Shown here piece by piece: positions 7,848-17,497 of a stretch of DNA of 64,000 nucleotides. Source of the DNA: an uncultured Eubacteriales bacterium (GTDB lineage Bacteria > Bacillota > Clostridia > Oscillospirales > UBA644); contig CAKSTW010000003.1 of assembly GCA_934501435.1 (NCBI GenBank), positions 67,842 through 131,841 of the forward strand. Direction: 5' to 3'. Position 1 is the first letter of the stretch. Each line of letters begins with the position of its first letter. The translations under genes and the position numbers were made by a program. The notes under the pieces are model-generated. The model had not been told where the DNA came from and did no database searches. It saw nothing but the letters and a program-made list of their open reading frames with translations.

Positions 7848-8876
7848 TTAGCACATTTTTTCGGGTTTGTCAACCCTTTTATCGGCAGGATACACAATAT
7901 TGCCGTTTTTTCTTATTTCGTCGATGATTTCCGCGCCGATAAGGGAAAGAGAATGGTCAAAAGTTATCGGCTCGGGCAGTTTTTTTTCGATACATTCGAA
8001 AAATTCGGAGATCTCGTAATACATATTGTATTTTTTCTGCGGAAGAGAAAACGTCTCTCTTTTGCCGCCCGAAATAACTTCTATCTTTGTCGGGTCGTTT
8101 ATGTTGTCTATAAGAATTGTCCCCTCTTCGCCCTGAATTTCGGACGCGGAATAACCGAAAGAAACTTTTGATGTATTGACCGTCGCGATAAAGGAACCGT
8201 AATCGAAAATGGCGGAGGTAACGCCGTCGGTTATCGGATATTCCTCTTCGTTCGTGCCGACGGGAAGAGACATCGAAACCGTACGACGGGGTCTTCCGAA
8301 CAGAATAAGCAGAGGATAAAGCAGATAAATTCCGATATCAGCCATTGCCCCGCCTCCGAAAGAGGCTTTGAAGGTGTTGACGTTTTCTCCCCTTTTATGC
8401 GCGTCGTAGCGGGTGGAATATTTCGAAAGAGTGAAAAGCACGTTCCTTATTTCCCCTACTTTATGGAGATGCTCTTTTATCTGAAAAAGGTTAGGGACAA
8501 GGAATGTTTTATACGCTTCCATTAAAAACGAACCGCTTTCCTTTGCCGCTGCTATCATTTCTCGGACTTCTTCGGCGTTCGTTCCGAGCGGCTTTTCGCA
8601 AAGTACGTTTTTGCCGCCGCGCAGAAGAGCTACGGTCTGGCTGCAGTGCAGCGAGTTCGGGGACGCAACATAGACGCAGTTTATTTTTTCGTCCGCGATA
8701 ATTTCGTCAAGCGTCGTGTAAACCTTATTGCAGCCGTATTTTTCGGCGAATTCTTTCCCGTTTTCGGCATTGCGCGAATAGACGGCTTCAAGATGAAAAT
8801 TGTCAAAATATCGGGCAGCCGACAAAAACGACGAAACTATTTTTCCTCTTCCTATTGTTGCAAAATAAAATTCCAT
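7848..8876 (-). CDS. Gfo/Idh/MocA family oxidoreductase
   Basis: 342 aa. N-terminal Rossmann region (ATIGRGKIVSSF ... AVYSRNAENGKEFAEKYG) and the EKPL motif (VLCEKPLG). Confidence 0.75.
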   Translation of the reverse strand: MEFYFATIGRGKIVSSFLSAARYFDNFHLEAVYSRNAENGKEFAEKYGCNKVYTTLDEIIADEKINCVYVASPNSLHCSQTVALLRGGKNVLCEKPLGTNAEEVREMIAAAKESGSFLMEAYKTFLVPNLFQIKEHLHKVGEIRNVLFTLSKYSTRYDAHKRGENVNTFKASFGGGAMADIGIYLLYPLLILFGRPRRTVSMSLPVGTNEEEYPITDGVTSAIFDYGSFIATVNTSKVSFGYSASEIQGEEGTILIDNINDPTKIEVISGGKRETFSLPQKKYNMYYEISEFFECIEKKLPEPITFDHSLSLIGAEIIDEIRKNGNIVYPADKRVDKPEKMC

Positions 8877-8933
8877 ACCGTACCTCTTTCTTTATATTAA
8901 GTTACCATATTCCGCGGGCAAAGTCAAGGGATA

Positions 8934-8962
8934 TTGACAACTCTGACAAATTGTGGTATGAT
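8934..8962 (+). promoter_or_regulatory. sigmaA-type promoter for the abrB-like/ABC operon
   Basis: TTGACA (8934-8939), 17 nt spacer, TGgTATGAT (-10 at 8957-8962). Confidence 0.6.
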
Positions 8963-9004
8963 TTGCAGGAAAAGTATAACTATTCATACCGAAAGGAGAT
9001 AAAT

Positions 9005-9220
9005 ATGCCGAAAGGAAAATATGCATGGACCGCAAAGGTCGGAGAAAAAGGACAGATAGTCATTCCGAAAGAAGCGAGAGAGGTTTTCGGGATAAGCCCC
9101 GGCGACACCCTGCTTTTGCTCGGTGACGAGAAAAAAGGGATAGCCATAGTCAAAAACGACGTTTATCTCAAATTTGCAAAAGCGATATTCAAAGCGCAGG
9201 AAGAAAGTGAAGAAGAATGA
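9005..9220 (+). CDS. AbrB/MazE/SpoVT family DNA-binding protein
   Basis: Track ORF 8855..9220, trimmed to ATG 9005 after SD AAAGGAG. The sequence MPKGKYAWTAKVGEKGQIVIPKEAREVFGISPGDTLLLL is a SpoVT-AbrB swapped-hairpin motif. Its stop overlaps the ABC ATPase start (ATGA). Confidence 0.75.
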   Translation: MPKGKYAWTAKVGEKGQIVIPKEAREVFGISPGDTLLLLGDEKKGIAIVKNDVYLKFAKAIFKAQEESEEE

Positions 9221-9957
9221 AAACCGCGGTAAAATGCGAAAAATTAACAAAGAAATTCAAGGATAAAACAGCGGTTTCGGAAATGGACCTCGAAATTTGC
9301 GAAGGAGAACTGTTTTCTTTATTGGGAGTCAACGGCGCGGGAAAATCAACGACGGTAAGAATGCTTTCCTGCCTTACTTCGCCGACATCGGGAGACGCCG
9401 AAATTTTCGGAAAAAGCATTGTTTCAAAACCTCTCGAAGTCAAGAAGAAAATTGCGGTATGCCCGCAGGAAACGGCGGTCGCAAAGAATCTTACGGTAAA
9501 GGAAAACCTTGTTTTCACCGCAAATATCTACTTTCCGAAAGAAGAAGCACAGAAAAAAGCCGACGAAATTTTTAAGATATTTTTTAAGGAAGACGAAGCA
9601 AAAAAGCGCGCGAAAACGCTTTCGGGCGGGCAGCAGAGAAAACTTTCTATCGCAATGGCTCTGATTTCGGAACCGAAAGTCCTTTTCCTCGACGAACCGA
9701 CTTTGGGGCTTGACGTTATCGCAAGACGCGAACTCTGGAACTTTATAAAAACGCTGAAAGGAAAGATGACTATTCTCCTTACGACCCACTACATGGAAGA
9801 GGCGGAACACCTTTCCGACAGAGTGGCTGTCATGCGCGAGGGAGAAATAAAAACCGTCGGAACGCCCGCCGAAATCATAGAAAAATCGGGCAAAAACACC
9901 TTTGAAGAGGCGTTCGTTCATTTCGCCGCGGGAGGATACTCTTATGAAAATGCTTAA
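9217..9957 (+). CDS. ABC transporter ATP-binding protein
   Basis: Walker A GVNGAGKST, signature LSGGQQRKL, Walker B LFLDEPT. Confidence 0.9.
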   Translation: MKTAVKCEKLTKKFKDKTAVSEMDLEICEGELFSLLGVNGAGKSTTVRMLSCLTSPTSGDAEIFGKSIVSKPLEVKKKIAVCPQETAVAKNLTVKENLVFTANIYFPKEEAQKKADEIFKIFFKEDEAKKRAKTLSGGQQRKLSIAMALISEPKVLFLDEPTLGLDVIARRELWNFIKTLKGKMTILLTTHYMEEAEHLSDRVAVMREGEIKTVGTPAEIIEKSGKNTFEEAFVHFAAGGYSYENA

Positions 9958-10666
9958 TTTTGCAAAAAGAAACACAAAAGAGATGTTAAGAGATCCGCTG
10001 ATGTTCATTTTCGCTCTCGGCTTTCCTTTGGTGCTGCTCGTCCTGATGTCGGCGATAAACGCAAGTGTCCCCGTCGATCTTTTCGCAATAGAAAACCTCG
10101 CTCCGGGAATTGCCGTTTTCGGGCTTTCCTTCGTTTCCCTGCTTTCTGGGACTTTGCTTGCGACCGACCGCACGACGGCGTTTCTTTCCCGTCTTTTTTC
10201 GACCCCGATGACCTCGGCTGATTTCGTTTTCGGATATATCCTGCCGTCGCTTTTGCTTTCGTTTTTACAAACGCTTATCTGCTATGCGGCGTCCCTCTTT
10301 TTCGGGCTTGAATTTTCGGCAAAAATTCTGTTTTCGGCAACAGTCTCTATTCCCTCCGCCCTTCTCTTTGTCTCAATAGGGCTTTGTCTCGGATGTCTTG
10401 TATCGGAAAAGGCGGTCGGCGGGCTTTCCTCCGTCATAATAAACCTTGCGGCATGGCTTTCGGGAATATGGTTCGATATCGGGCTTATCGGCGGAGTTTT
10501 CGAAAAGATATGCAACGTTCTGCCCTTTATTCACGCGAAAGAATCGGTCGCCGCAGCGCTTAACGGGAATTTTTCGGATATTCTCCCCCACCTTTTTTGG
10601 GTCGGTGCCTATGCCGTGGTTTTCACAGTGCTTTCTGTCGTACTTTTCAGGAAAAAAATGAAATAA
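9944..10666 (+). CDS. ABC-2 type transporter permease
   Basis: Track ORF 9902..10666. The likely start is MKMLNFAKRNTKEMLRDP at 9944, overlapping the ATPase stop. It is a multi-pass hydrophobic protein. Confidence 0.75.
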   Translation: MKMLNFAKRNTKEMLRDPLMFIFALGFPLVLLVLMSAINASVPVDLFAIENLAPGIAVFGLSFVSLLSGTLLATDRTTAFLSRLFSTPMTSADFVFGYILPSLLLSFLQTLICYAASLFFGLEFSAKILFSATVSIPSALLFVSIGLCLGCLVSEKAVGGLSSVIINLAAWLSGIWFDIGLIGGVFEKICNVLPFIHAKESVAAALNGNFSDILPHLFWVGAYAVVFTVLSVVLFRKKMK

Positions 10667-10733
10667 TCTTATTGACATTGAAGCCCCGGTAAACTATAAT
10701 ATACAGGAAAAGAAAATTGCGGAGGATAAGAAA

Positions 10734-11873
10734 ATGATTTTCAGAAATGCGGAAATTTACAATGAAAATTTCGACCTTGTAAAAGCCGATATTGCGGTTA
10801 AAGGCGAAAAAATAGAAAAGATAGGCGAAAAACTCGACGGAGACGGTTTTGACCTTTCGGGGCTCACCGTTCTTCCCGGACTTATAGATATACATATCCA
10901 CGGCTGCGCGGGCGCAGATACCGGAGACGCGACGCCCGAAGCGCTTGAAGCGATGAGCGAATGTCTCGTAAAAAGAGGCGTCACATCGTTCTGTCCGACT
11001 TCAATGACCCTTTCTTTCGAAGAGCTGACAAAGATCTTTGCAAACGTTTCGGATATGAAAGACAAAGTTAAGGGGGCATACATCCACGGCGTCAATATGG
11101 AAGGACCTTACATTGCGATGTCGAAAAAAGGAGCGCAGAACGCCGCTTACGTAAGAAACCCCGACAAGGAAGAATTCAAACGTCTCTATGACGGCTGCGG
11201 CGGAAACATCAAGGTCGTCGATATCGCCCCCGAATGCGACGGCGCGGAGGAATTCATAAAGGAAGTCGAGCCTTACTGCCCCGTTTCGGTCGCGCACACC
11301 GCGGCAGGCTATGACGAAACAATAAAGGCGTTCGACCTCGGCGTAAGACACATAACCCACCTTTATAACGCACAGAGCGGACTTTCCCACCGTGCCCCCG
11401 GCGTTGTCGGAGCGGTCTTTGACAGAGCGAAAAAAGACGGCGTTCAGGCGGAGATTATCTGCGACGGATTCCATATCCACCCGGCGGCTCTCCGCATAGC
11501 GTTCGCAATGCTCGGCGAAGACAACAGCATTATAATCAGCGACTCGATGAGAGCGGCGGGACATTTCGACGGAGAATACGACCTCGGAGGTCAGACCGTT
11601 TACGTTAAGGACGGCAAAGCGTTGCTTGCCGACGGAACGATAGCGGCGTCAACGTCGAACGTATATGAAGAACTCAAAAACGTTATAAACTTCGGAATTC
11701 CCGTTAAACAGGCGATAAAATCTGCGACGATAAACCCCGCGAGATCGATAAGAGCCGACAACGAAACAGGCTCGATAAAAGAGGGCAAAAACGCCGACCT
11801 GCTGGTTGTTGACAGGGATATGAACATTAAACTTGTCGTAGTCAGGGGCGAAGTTAAAGTTAATAATTTATAA
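10734..11873 (+). CDS. nagA: N-acetylglucosamine-6-phosphate deacetylase
   Basis: 379 aa. Contains LPGLIDIHIHGCAGAD, the HLYNAQS region and other amidohydrolase metal ligands typical of NagA. Confidence 0.85.
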   Translation: MIFRNAEIYNENFDLVKADIAVKGEKIEKIGEKLDGDGFDLSGLTVLPGLIDIHIHGCAGADTGDATPEALEAMSECLVKRGVTSFCPTSMTLSFEELTKIFANVSDMKDKVKGAYIHGVNMEGPYIAMSKKGAQNAAYVRNPDKEEFKRLYDGCGGNIKVVDIAPECDGAEEFIKEVEPYCPVSVAHTAAGYDETIKAFDLGVRHITHLYNAQSGLSHRAPGVVGAVFDRAKKDGVQAEIICDGFHIHPAALRIAFAMLGEDNSIIISDSMRAAGHFDGEYDLGGQTVYVKDGKALLADGTIAASTSNVYEELKNVINFGIPVKQAIKSATINPARSIRADNETGSIKEGKNADLLVVDRDMNIKLVVVRGEVKVNNL

Positions 11874-11909
11874 TTGAAGAAAAAACGACAGTCTCTTTTT
11901 CGGAGGCTG

Positions 11910-12146
11910 TCATTTTTCATTTTCGATTTCTTCTTCTATAAGTTCTACAAGTTTGCTCACGGGGATATCAAGCGCTTCCGCGATTTTCCAGAGGGTCTCG
12001 AAATTTGCCTGTTTATATCCGCTTTCTATCATTGCGATATGGCTTCTCGCCATTCCCGCAAGCCCGGAAAGCACCTCCTGGGAAAGTCCTCTTTTCTTTC
12101 GCAAAGTCCGGATAACTTTCCCGACTGCATATTTGTCATATTCGAT
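11910..12146 (-). CDS. XRE-family HTH transcriptional regulator (start codon uncertain)
   Basis: The track ORF starts at TTG 12104. The HTH_3-like sequence continues in frame upstream (IEYDKYAVGKVIRTLRKKRGLSQEVLSGLAGMARSHIAMIESG). No ATG, GTG or TTG is available there. SD GGGGGAG sits about 6 nt before an ATC at 12146. Confidence 0.7.
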   Translation of the reverse strand: MEYDKYAVGKVIRTLRKKRGLSQEVLSGLAGMARSHIAMIESGYKQANFETLWKIAEALDIPVSKLVELIEEEIENEK

Positions 12147-12207
12147 AAGGCACTCCCCCTTTCTTTATAGTATAATAAAGAAAGGATACAATTACTGTCT
12201 ACGATAG

Positions 12208-12236
12208 TTGACAAAACCGAAATTTAATGGTAAAAT
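12208..12236 (+). promoter_or_regulatory. sigmaA-type promoter, divergent from the XRE gene
   Basis: TTGACA (12208-12213), 17 nt spacer, TGgTAAAAT (-10 at 12231-12236). It is followed by an AT-rich leader of about 120 nt. Confidence 0.6.
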
Positions 12237-12359
12237 ATAAGAAAAAGTAAAAAAATAACCGATAAAAAAGTTATGTACCAAATTCGGGACGAACATATAT
12301 GTATAATCTAATTGTGTTAAAGACACAACAAAAAATAAAATTAAAGGGGAGAACCTGAC

Positions 12360-12836
12360 ATGGGAAAATGGAAATTGATTTGGTGCATAGCACGCTTCGG
12401 AGACGAGGAGGAGTTCGACACTTTTGAAGAGGCAAAATCTGTTTTCAGAAAAAAGATAAGTCGGGAAGTCAGTGACGAGTGGGAGGAGATTTTCGATTTC
12501 CTCGAAAAAGAGTTGGAAGAAGAAACAGACGGTGAGGAAATAATGAATTTTCTCAAAAAATTCGCCGACAACGAATTAGAAGAATCAGATGTTATTGAAA
12601 CGGAATATCACGGAAAATTCCATCTTACAATCAATGCTGACGGCATTGATATGGCCGAGGATGAGGATTACGGACAACAAGTATATCCGACAATTTCCTC
12701 TAACTTTATTTTTATGGACGATCCGAATATATTTTATCATTTCACATTTATTGATTACTATGATCCCGATTTGATGCCCGGGACGGAGTATAACGGTTAC
12801 GGATATTTCATTACTTTAAACAAAGTGACAGATTAA
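12360..12836 (+). CDS. hypothetical, strongly acidic protein
   Basis: 158 aa, with SD AAAGGGGAG upstream. Runs of D/E occur, for example DEEEFDTFEEA, EKELEEETDGEE and NELEESDVIETE. No motif recognised. It lies 26 nt upstream of the GmrSD-like gene. Confidence 0.7.
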   Translation: MGKWKLIWCIARFGDEEEFDTFEEAKSVFRKKISREVSDEWEEIFDFLEKELEEETDGEEIMNFLKKFADNELEESDVIETEYHGKFHLTINADGIDMAEDEDYGQQVYPTISSNFIFMDDPNIFYHFTFIDYYDPDLMPGTEYNGYGYFITLNKVTD

Positions 12837-12862
12837 ACTGATTAAGAAATGAGGTAAAAAAA

Positions 12863-14644
12863 ATGCCAGAGTATATGCCAACTAAACGCATCGCAGAAAT
12901 AATTGAACTGGTCGAAAAATCAGAATGGATTTTGCCGACTTTTCAAAGAAAATATGTGTGGGACCAAGAACAAATATGTGATTTGTTCGATTCCATCATG
13001 CGGAGCTATCCAATTAGTACATTTATGATTTGGAAAGTTAATAAAACCACAGCTGGCGAAAATAAATTTTACAAGTTTATTCAGGATTATCAGGAGTGGT
13101 GGCGTGAGATTGGAGAACCTTTTTTACCCAAAATAGACGACTATTATTACGCTGTAATTGATGGTCAACAGAGAATAAATTCCTTATATATTGGCTATCA
13201 TGGCAGTTACGCCGTAAGGCTTCCAGGAAAACGCAAGAAAAAAGCATATGATGAATCTATTCAGCCAAAAACTTATTTGTATCTTAATTTACTTGAAAAT
13301 GCAGACGAGAGCACTTCGAGATGTTACGATTTTAGATTCTTTTCTGATGTGGAGATGAATAATCAAGATAACAAGAAAAAGTGGTATCGTGTTGGAGATA
13401 TTCTTGACTATTCATACTTGGAAAATGATGATGTCGATGATAGTCTACCTAATCTTATTGATGAAAAGGAAATACTAAAAGATTTTACTGATGACGAAAG
13501 AAAAACTGCATTGAAAAAACTAAAAATGCTGTATAAAAAGACTTTTAACACACCAGTTATAAATTACTATCAAGAAGAAACTCAAAATCTTGAGCGTGTG
13601 GTGGACGTTTTCCTGCGTGCAAATGGTGGCGGTACGCCGTTGGAATTCTCCGATTTAGTAATGTCTGTCACAACTAGTCAGTGGCCAGAGTCAAGGGATA
13701 AAATTGAAGAACTGATAAAACTGATATACGCTGAAACCGGTATAACTCTTAATAAAGATTTTGTCTTGAAAGTTTTCCTTGTTCTATTTTCTGGAGATAT
13801 AAGTTTCAAAGTTAAAAATTTTGAAGATTCAACAACAGATTTAGTAAATAAGGCAAAAACGAATTTTGATAAGATTTATCAAGTAATACTCGGAACCTGT
13901 AAATTCGCAAATCAAATTGGATTAAACAATGAGACCTTGCGATCTAAATACGCATTGATTCCGATTATTTATTATTCCTATAAGAACGATTTCGAAATAG
14001 ACAACATTTCAAAAGGAAAAGATAACAAAAAACTGATTGAAGTGTGGATAAAATCCGCATTATTAAAAAGTATGTTTGGCGGTAAGCCAGATGCGGTATT
14101 GACAACTATTAAAAAGATTATTGATACCAATGCCGGCAATTTCCCAACCAAAGAGATTATTGCAGAGTATAAGAACAAGACCAAAGATATTTCGATAGAT
14201 AGAGATTTTATAGAAGATCGAATTGAGACATCTCACTATGGTTCTCCAGAGGCTTATCTGCTCTTGTCTCTTGCCATAAACCTTGATCCGCAGCAAAGAT
14301 ATAATGTTGACCATATGTATCCCAAAGATATGTTTAAGAAAACAGAGCTAAACAAATTGTCTTACTTATCAACAGATAAAGCCCTTTACGATTACTATGC
14401 AAACAAAGCAAACTGGAATACGGTCGGCAATCTGCAATTGCTTAATGACTCCGAAAACAAGTCAAAAAACAAAACCAAATTGTCGGAATGGACAAGAGGA
14501 ACGACTACATACACGTGGTCTGACTATTTTATTCCCAAGGATGATTCTGGAAATTATATTGTGCAGGATGATAAGTTTAAAGAATTCGTTGAACTGAGAA
14601 AGAAACTCCTCGCTGATGCGATAATGAATACACTTACAGTTTAA
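12863..14644 (+). CDS. GmrSD-like type IV restriction enzyme (DUF262 + DUF1524/HNH-like)
   Basis: N-terminus: ILPTFQRKYVWDQEQICDLFDSIMRSYPISTF and VIDGQQRINSLYIG (DUF262, DGQQR motif). C-terminus: VDHMYPK...GNLQLLNDSENKSKNK (DUF1524 His-Me finger). Confidence 0.85.
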   Translation: MPEYMPTKRIAEIIELVEKSEWILPTFQRKYVWDQEQICDLFDSIMRSYPISTFMIWKVNKTTAGENKFYKFIQDYQEWWREIGEPFLPKIDDYYYAVIDGQQRINSLYIGYHGSYAVRLPGKRKKKAYDESIQPKTYLYLNLLENADESTSRCYDFRFFSDVEMNNQDNKKKWYRVGDILDYSYLENDDVDDSLPNLIDEKEILKDFTDDERKTALKKLKMLYKKTFNTPVINYYQEETQNLERVVDVFLRANGGGTPLEFSDLVMSVTTSQWPESRDKIEELIKLIYAETGITLNKDFVLKVFLVLFSGDISFKVKNFEDSTTDLVNKAKTNFDKIYQVILGTCKFANQIGLNNETLRSKYALIPIIYYSYKNDFEIDNISKGKDNKKLIEVWIKSALLKSMFGGKPDAVLTTIKKIIDTNAGNFPTKEIIAEYKNKTKDISIDRDFIEDRIETSHYGSPEAYLLLSLAINLDPQQRYNVDHMYPKDMFKKTELNKLSYLSTDKALYDYYANKANWNTVGNLQLLNDSENKSKNKTKLSEWTRGTTTYTWSDYFIPKDDSGNYIVQDDKFKEFVELRKKLLADAIMNTLTV

Positions 14645-14930
14645 TAATCATTCCGCGTAACAAAAAAGAGGTCGTAAGAGCACTGTCTTTTTTGTTGCGT
14701 TGAAGCACAAACAGCGGTTTTATCGGTCAGGTTGGTTGGACAGAACAGAAACTTAAGATACAAAGAGGAAATCCCGGCAAAAGACCGTGAATACAAACAC
14801 ACAGGAAAAGGGATGAAGAAAGTTGAAAAGGACAGTAGAACCGAAAAACCGTTACAAAAATTGATTTCAAAGCCACAAACAACGTAATATTTGAAAATCG
14901 GATAATTCCATAAGAGGTTCTCTTCAATGC

Positions 14931-14962
14931 AAAAAGCCGCAACATCACAGTTGCGGCTTTTT
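14931..14962. terminator. bidirectional intrinsic terminator
   Basis: AAAAAGCCGCAAC-ATCACAG-TTGCGGCTTTTT. The stem is flanked by an A-run and a T-run. It lies immediately after the ECF S-component stop codon. Confidence 0.8.
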
Positions 14963-14975
14963 GTTTATTATCTGA

Positions 14976-15563
14976 TTACTGTTTTTTCGTTATTTTAAGT
15001 GAGCCGGCGATTATCGGGCAGAGGATCACGTTTATTAAGAATTCGACAATGAAGTTTATGCCGATAAGTCCGGTGAAGACGTAAACGAGGACGTCCGAGC
15101 CGCCCGCCCACGCTTTCAAGGTTTCGGTATAGAAAAGAGCCATGGCAAGGCAGAAAATTCCGGTGTTTACAACGGGGGCGGACGCCGCCGCAACGATTAT
15201 TCCCGCAACGCCGTTTTTCTTTGCGACAAGGCGGTAAAGAAGTCCTGCGACAAGTCCTGCGGCAATGCCTTTAACAAAGCAGAGGGCTATTGTCAGAACG
15301 GGATTTGCGGCAAGAAGCATTGCTCCGCCGAAATCAAGACCTATAATGCAGCCGACCGAAGTTATAATTCCGAAAACGCCGCCGAGGAACGCTCCGCAGG
15401 AGGGTCCGTAGAGAGACGCTCCGATAACGACGGGGACGAGAACGAGAGAAATGCTGACGTTCGTTTTAATGACATAACCGAGGAACTGCAAAATAATGAT
15501 AATAACCGACAAAACCGCGGTCGTTACGAGTTTACGCGTCGCGAAACTGTTGTTTTTTCTCAT
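14976..15563 (-). CDS. ECF transporter S component (substrate unknown)
   Basis: 195 aa with about 5-6 TM segments, Gly-rich helices and the N-terminal TRKLVTTAVLSVIIIILQF pattern typical of ECF S components. SD AAAGGAGAAG. Confidence 0.65.
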   Translation of the reverse strand: MRKNNSFATRKLVTTAVLSVIIIILQFLGYVIKTNVSISLVLVPVVIGASLYGPSCGAFLGGVFGIITSVGCIIGLDFGGAMLLAANPVLTIALCFVKGIAAGLVAGLLYRLVAKKNGVAGIIVAAASAPVVNTGIFCLAMALFYTETLKAWAGGSDVLVYVFTGLIGINFIVEFLINVILCPIIAGSLKITKKQ

Positions 15564-15612
15564 AATATCTTCTCCTTTTGTATAAAATCAATACGGAAAG
15601 GACGGAGCGGAT

Positions 15613-15843
15613 ATGGGATTTGAAGCAATATTTCTCGCAATGCTTTTTTCCGTATTTTTTATCTTTTCAAAAAAAGAGCGGAAAGCAAAAATTGCGGCAA
15701 ATACAGTCTCGGGGCTTGTATGTCTCATACTTTTCAATCTTTTCGCTCCGATAAAGCCGGGGTTCGGCTTTTTTCCGATAACCATGGCGTCGCTTCTCGG
15801 AGTTCCCGCAGTGCTTGCCATGGTCGTCGTCAAAATTTTCTGA
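15613..15843 (+). CDS. BofA-like small membrane protein (pro-sigmaK processing inhibitor family)
   Basis: 76 aa, two TM segments. NTVSGLVCLILFNLFAP...ASLLGVPAVLAMVVV resembles BofA. SD AAAGGACGGAG. Confidence 0.5.
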   Translation: MGFEAIFLAMLFSVFFIFSKKERKAKIAANTVSGLVCLILFNLFAPIKPGFGFFPITMASLLGVPAVLAMVVVKIF

Positions 15844-17496
15844 TTATTCAACCGGTTTATAGCTGCCTTTAAGACCGACAGTAAGATTAAAGACGTTGTC
15901 GTCCTTTGAGTCTTTGCAGAAATAGCCGGTGCGGACAAACTGGAATTTATCGCCCGCTTTCGCCTCGGCAAGAGACGGCTCTGTTTTCGCGTCTTTATAG
16001 ACGGTGAGAGAATCGGGGTCAACATAGTCCATATACGATTTGTCTTCGGGGATATCGAAAACGTTTTCAAGAGTAAACATTCTGCCGTACTCTCTTATTT
16101 CGGTATCCTTTGCGTAATCTGCGGAAAGCCAATGAACGGTTCCTTTTATCTTTCTTCCGTCGGCAGGGTTTCCGTTGCCCGTTTCAAGGTCGCAGGTGCA
16201 GAGAAGTTCGGTAACGTTTCCGTTTTCGTCCTTTATAACGTCTTCGCATTTAAGGATATACGAACCCATAAGTCTGACTTCCCCGCCCGGTTTTAAGCGG
16301 TGGAACTTCGGCGGCGGAACTTCCGCAAAATCGTCTCTTTCGATATAGAGATTTTTTGTGAACGGAACTTTTCTTTTGCCCGCGTTTTCGTCCTGCGGGT
16401 TATTTTGCAGTTCGAAATATTCGGTTTTTCCGTCGGGATAGTTTGTCACGGTGACTTTAAGAGGTTTAAGCACCGCAACTCTTCTCGGAGCGACGGCGTT
16501 CTGTTCTTCTCTTATACAATGTTCGAGAAGTCCTATATCAACGATACTGTACGCTTTTGCAACGCCCGCGCGCTTAACGAATTCGATTATCGACGTCGGA
16601 GTGTAGCCTCTTCTGCGAAGTCCGCAGAGAGTCGGCATACGGGGGTCGTCCCAGCCGTCGACCTTGCCCGTTTCGACAAGTTCGCGCAGAAAACGCTTGC
16701 TCATTACGGTATAGGTAAGGTTGAGTCTTGCGAATTCGTACTGATGCGGTTTTTTCTCAAAACCGATATTGTCGACTACCCAGTTATAAAGGGGTCTGTG
16801 GTTTTCAAATTCGATAGAGCAAAGCGAATGGGTAATTCCCTCCAATGCGTCCTGAATGGGGTGCGCAAAGTCGTAAAGGGGGTAAATGCACCATTTGTTG
16901 CCCTGTCTGTGGTGAGAAGTATGGAGAATACGGTAAATTGCGGGGTCTCTCATATTCATATTCGGCGAAGACATATCAATTTTTGCACGGAGAGTATGGG
17001 TCCCGTCCGCAAATTCGCCGTTTTTCATTCTTTCGAAAAGATCGAGATTTTCTTCGACCGAACGGTTTCTGTAAGGGCTTTCCTTACCCGGTTCGGTAAG
17101 GGTTCCGCGGTATTCTCTCATTTCGTCGGCTGAAAGGTCGCAGACGTACGCCTTGCCGTCTTTTATGAGTTTTACGGCGTATTCGTAGCATTTATCGAAA
17201 TAGTCGGAACCGTAATATATTCCGCCGTTAGGCTCTGCCCCGAGCCAACGAAGGTCTTCTTCGATGGAACGGACGTATTCGTCGTCTTCCTTGACGGGGT
17301 TCGTATCGTCATAACGGAGATTGAAAAGTCCGCCGTATTTCTGCGCCGTGCCCGCGTTTATCCATATAGCCTTCGCACTGCCGATATGGAGATATCCGTT
17401 CGGTTCGGGCGGAAAACGGGTGTGAATTTTCTCGACTCTGCCCTCCGCAAGGTCCTTATCTATAATGTCGTGTATGAAGTTGGAGGTGTTTTCCAT
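15844..17496 (-). CDS. glnS: glutaminyl-tRNA synthetase
   Basis: RFPPEPNGYLHIGSAKAI (HIGH motif), VMSKR (KMSKS motif), and a C-terminal anticodon-binding beta-barrel region. Confidence 0.9.
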   Translation of the reverse strand: MENTSNFIHDIIDKDLAEGRVEKIHTRFPPEPNGYLHIGSAKAIWINAGTAQKYGGLFNLRYDDTNPVKEDDEYVRSIEEDLRWLGAEPNGGIYYGSDYFDKCYEYAVKLIKDGKAYVCDLSADEMREYRGTLTEPGKESPYRNRSVEENLDLFERMKNGEFADGTHTLRAKIDMSSPNMNMRDPAIYRILHTSHHRQGNKWCIYPLYDFAHPIQDALEGITHSLCSIEFENHRPLYNWVVDNIGFEKKPHQYEFARLNLTYTVMSKRFLRELVETGKVDGWDDPRMPTLCGLRRRGYTPTSIIEFVKRAGVAKAYSIVDIGLLEHCIREEQNAVAPRRVAVLKPLKVTVTNYPDGKTEYFELQNNPQDENAGKRKVPFTKNLYIERDDFAEVPPPKFHRLKPGGEVRLMGSYILKCEDVIKDENGNVTELLCTCDLETGNGNPADGRKIKGTVHWLSADYAKDTEIREYGRMFTLENVFDIPEDKSYMDYVDPDSLTVYKDAKTEPSLAEAKAGDKFQFVRTGYFCKDSKDDNVFNLTVGLKGSYKPVE

Positions 17497-17497
17497 A

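Noticed and set aside
14700-14948. ORF 14727..14948 (-) and a 24-aa plus-strand mini-ORF between the GmrSD terminator and the ECF terminator.
   Set aside because: There are no supporting motifs or signals. This is probably junction or remnant sequence of the AT-rich islet.
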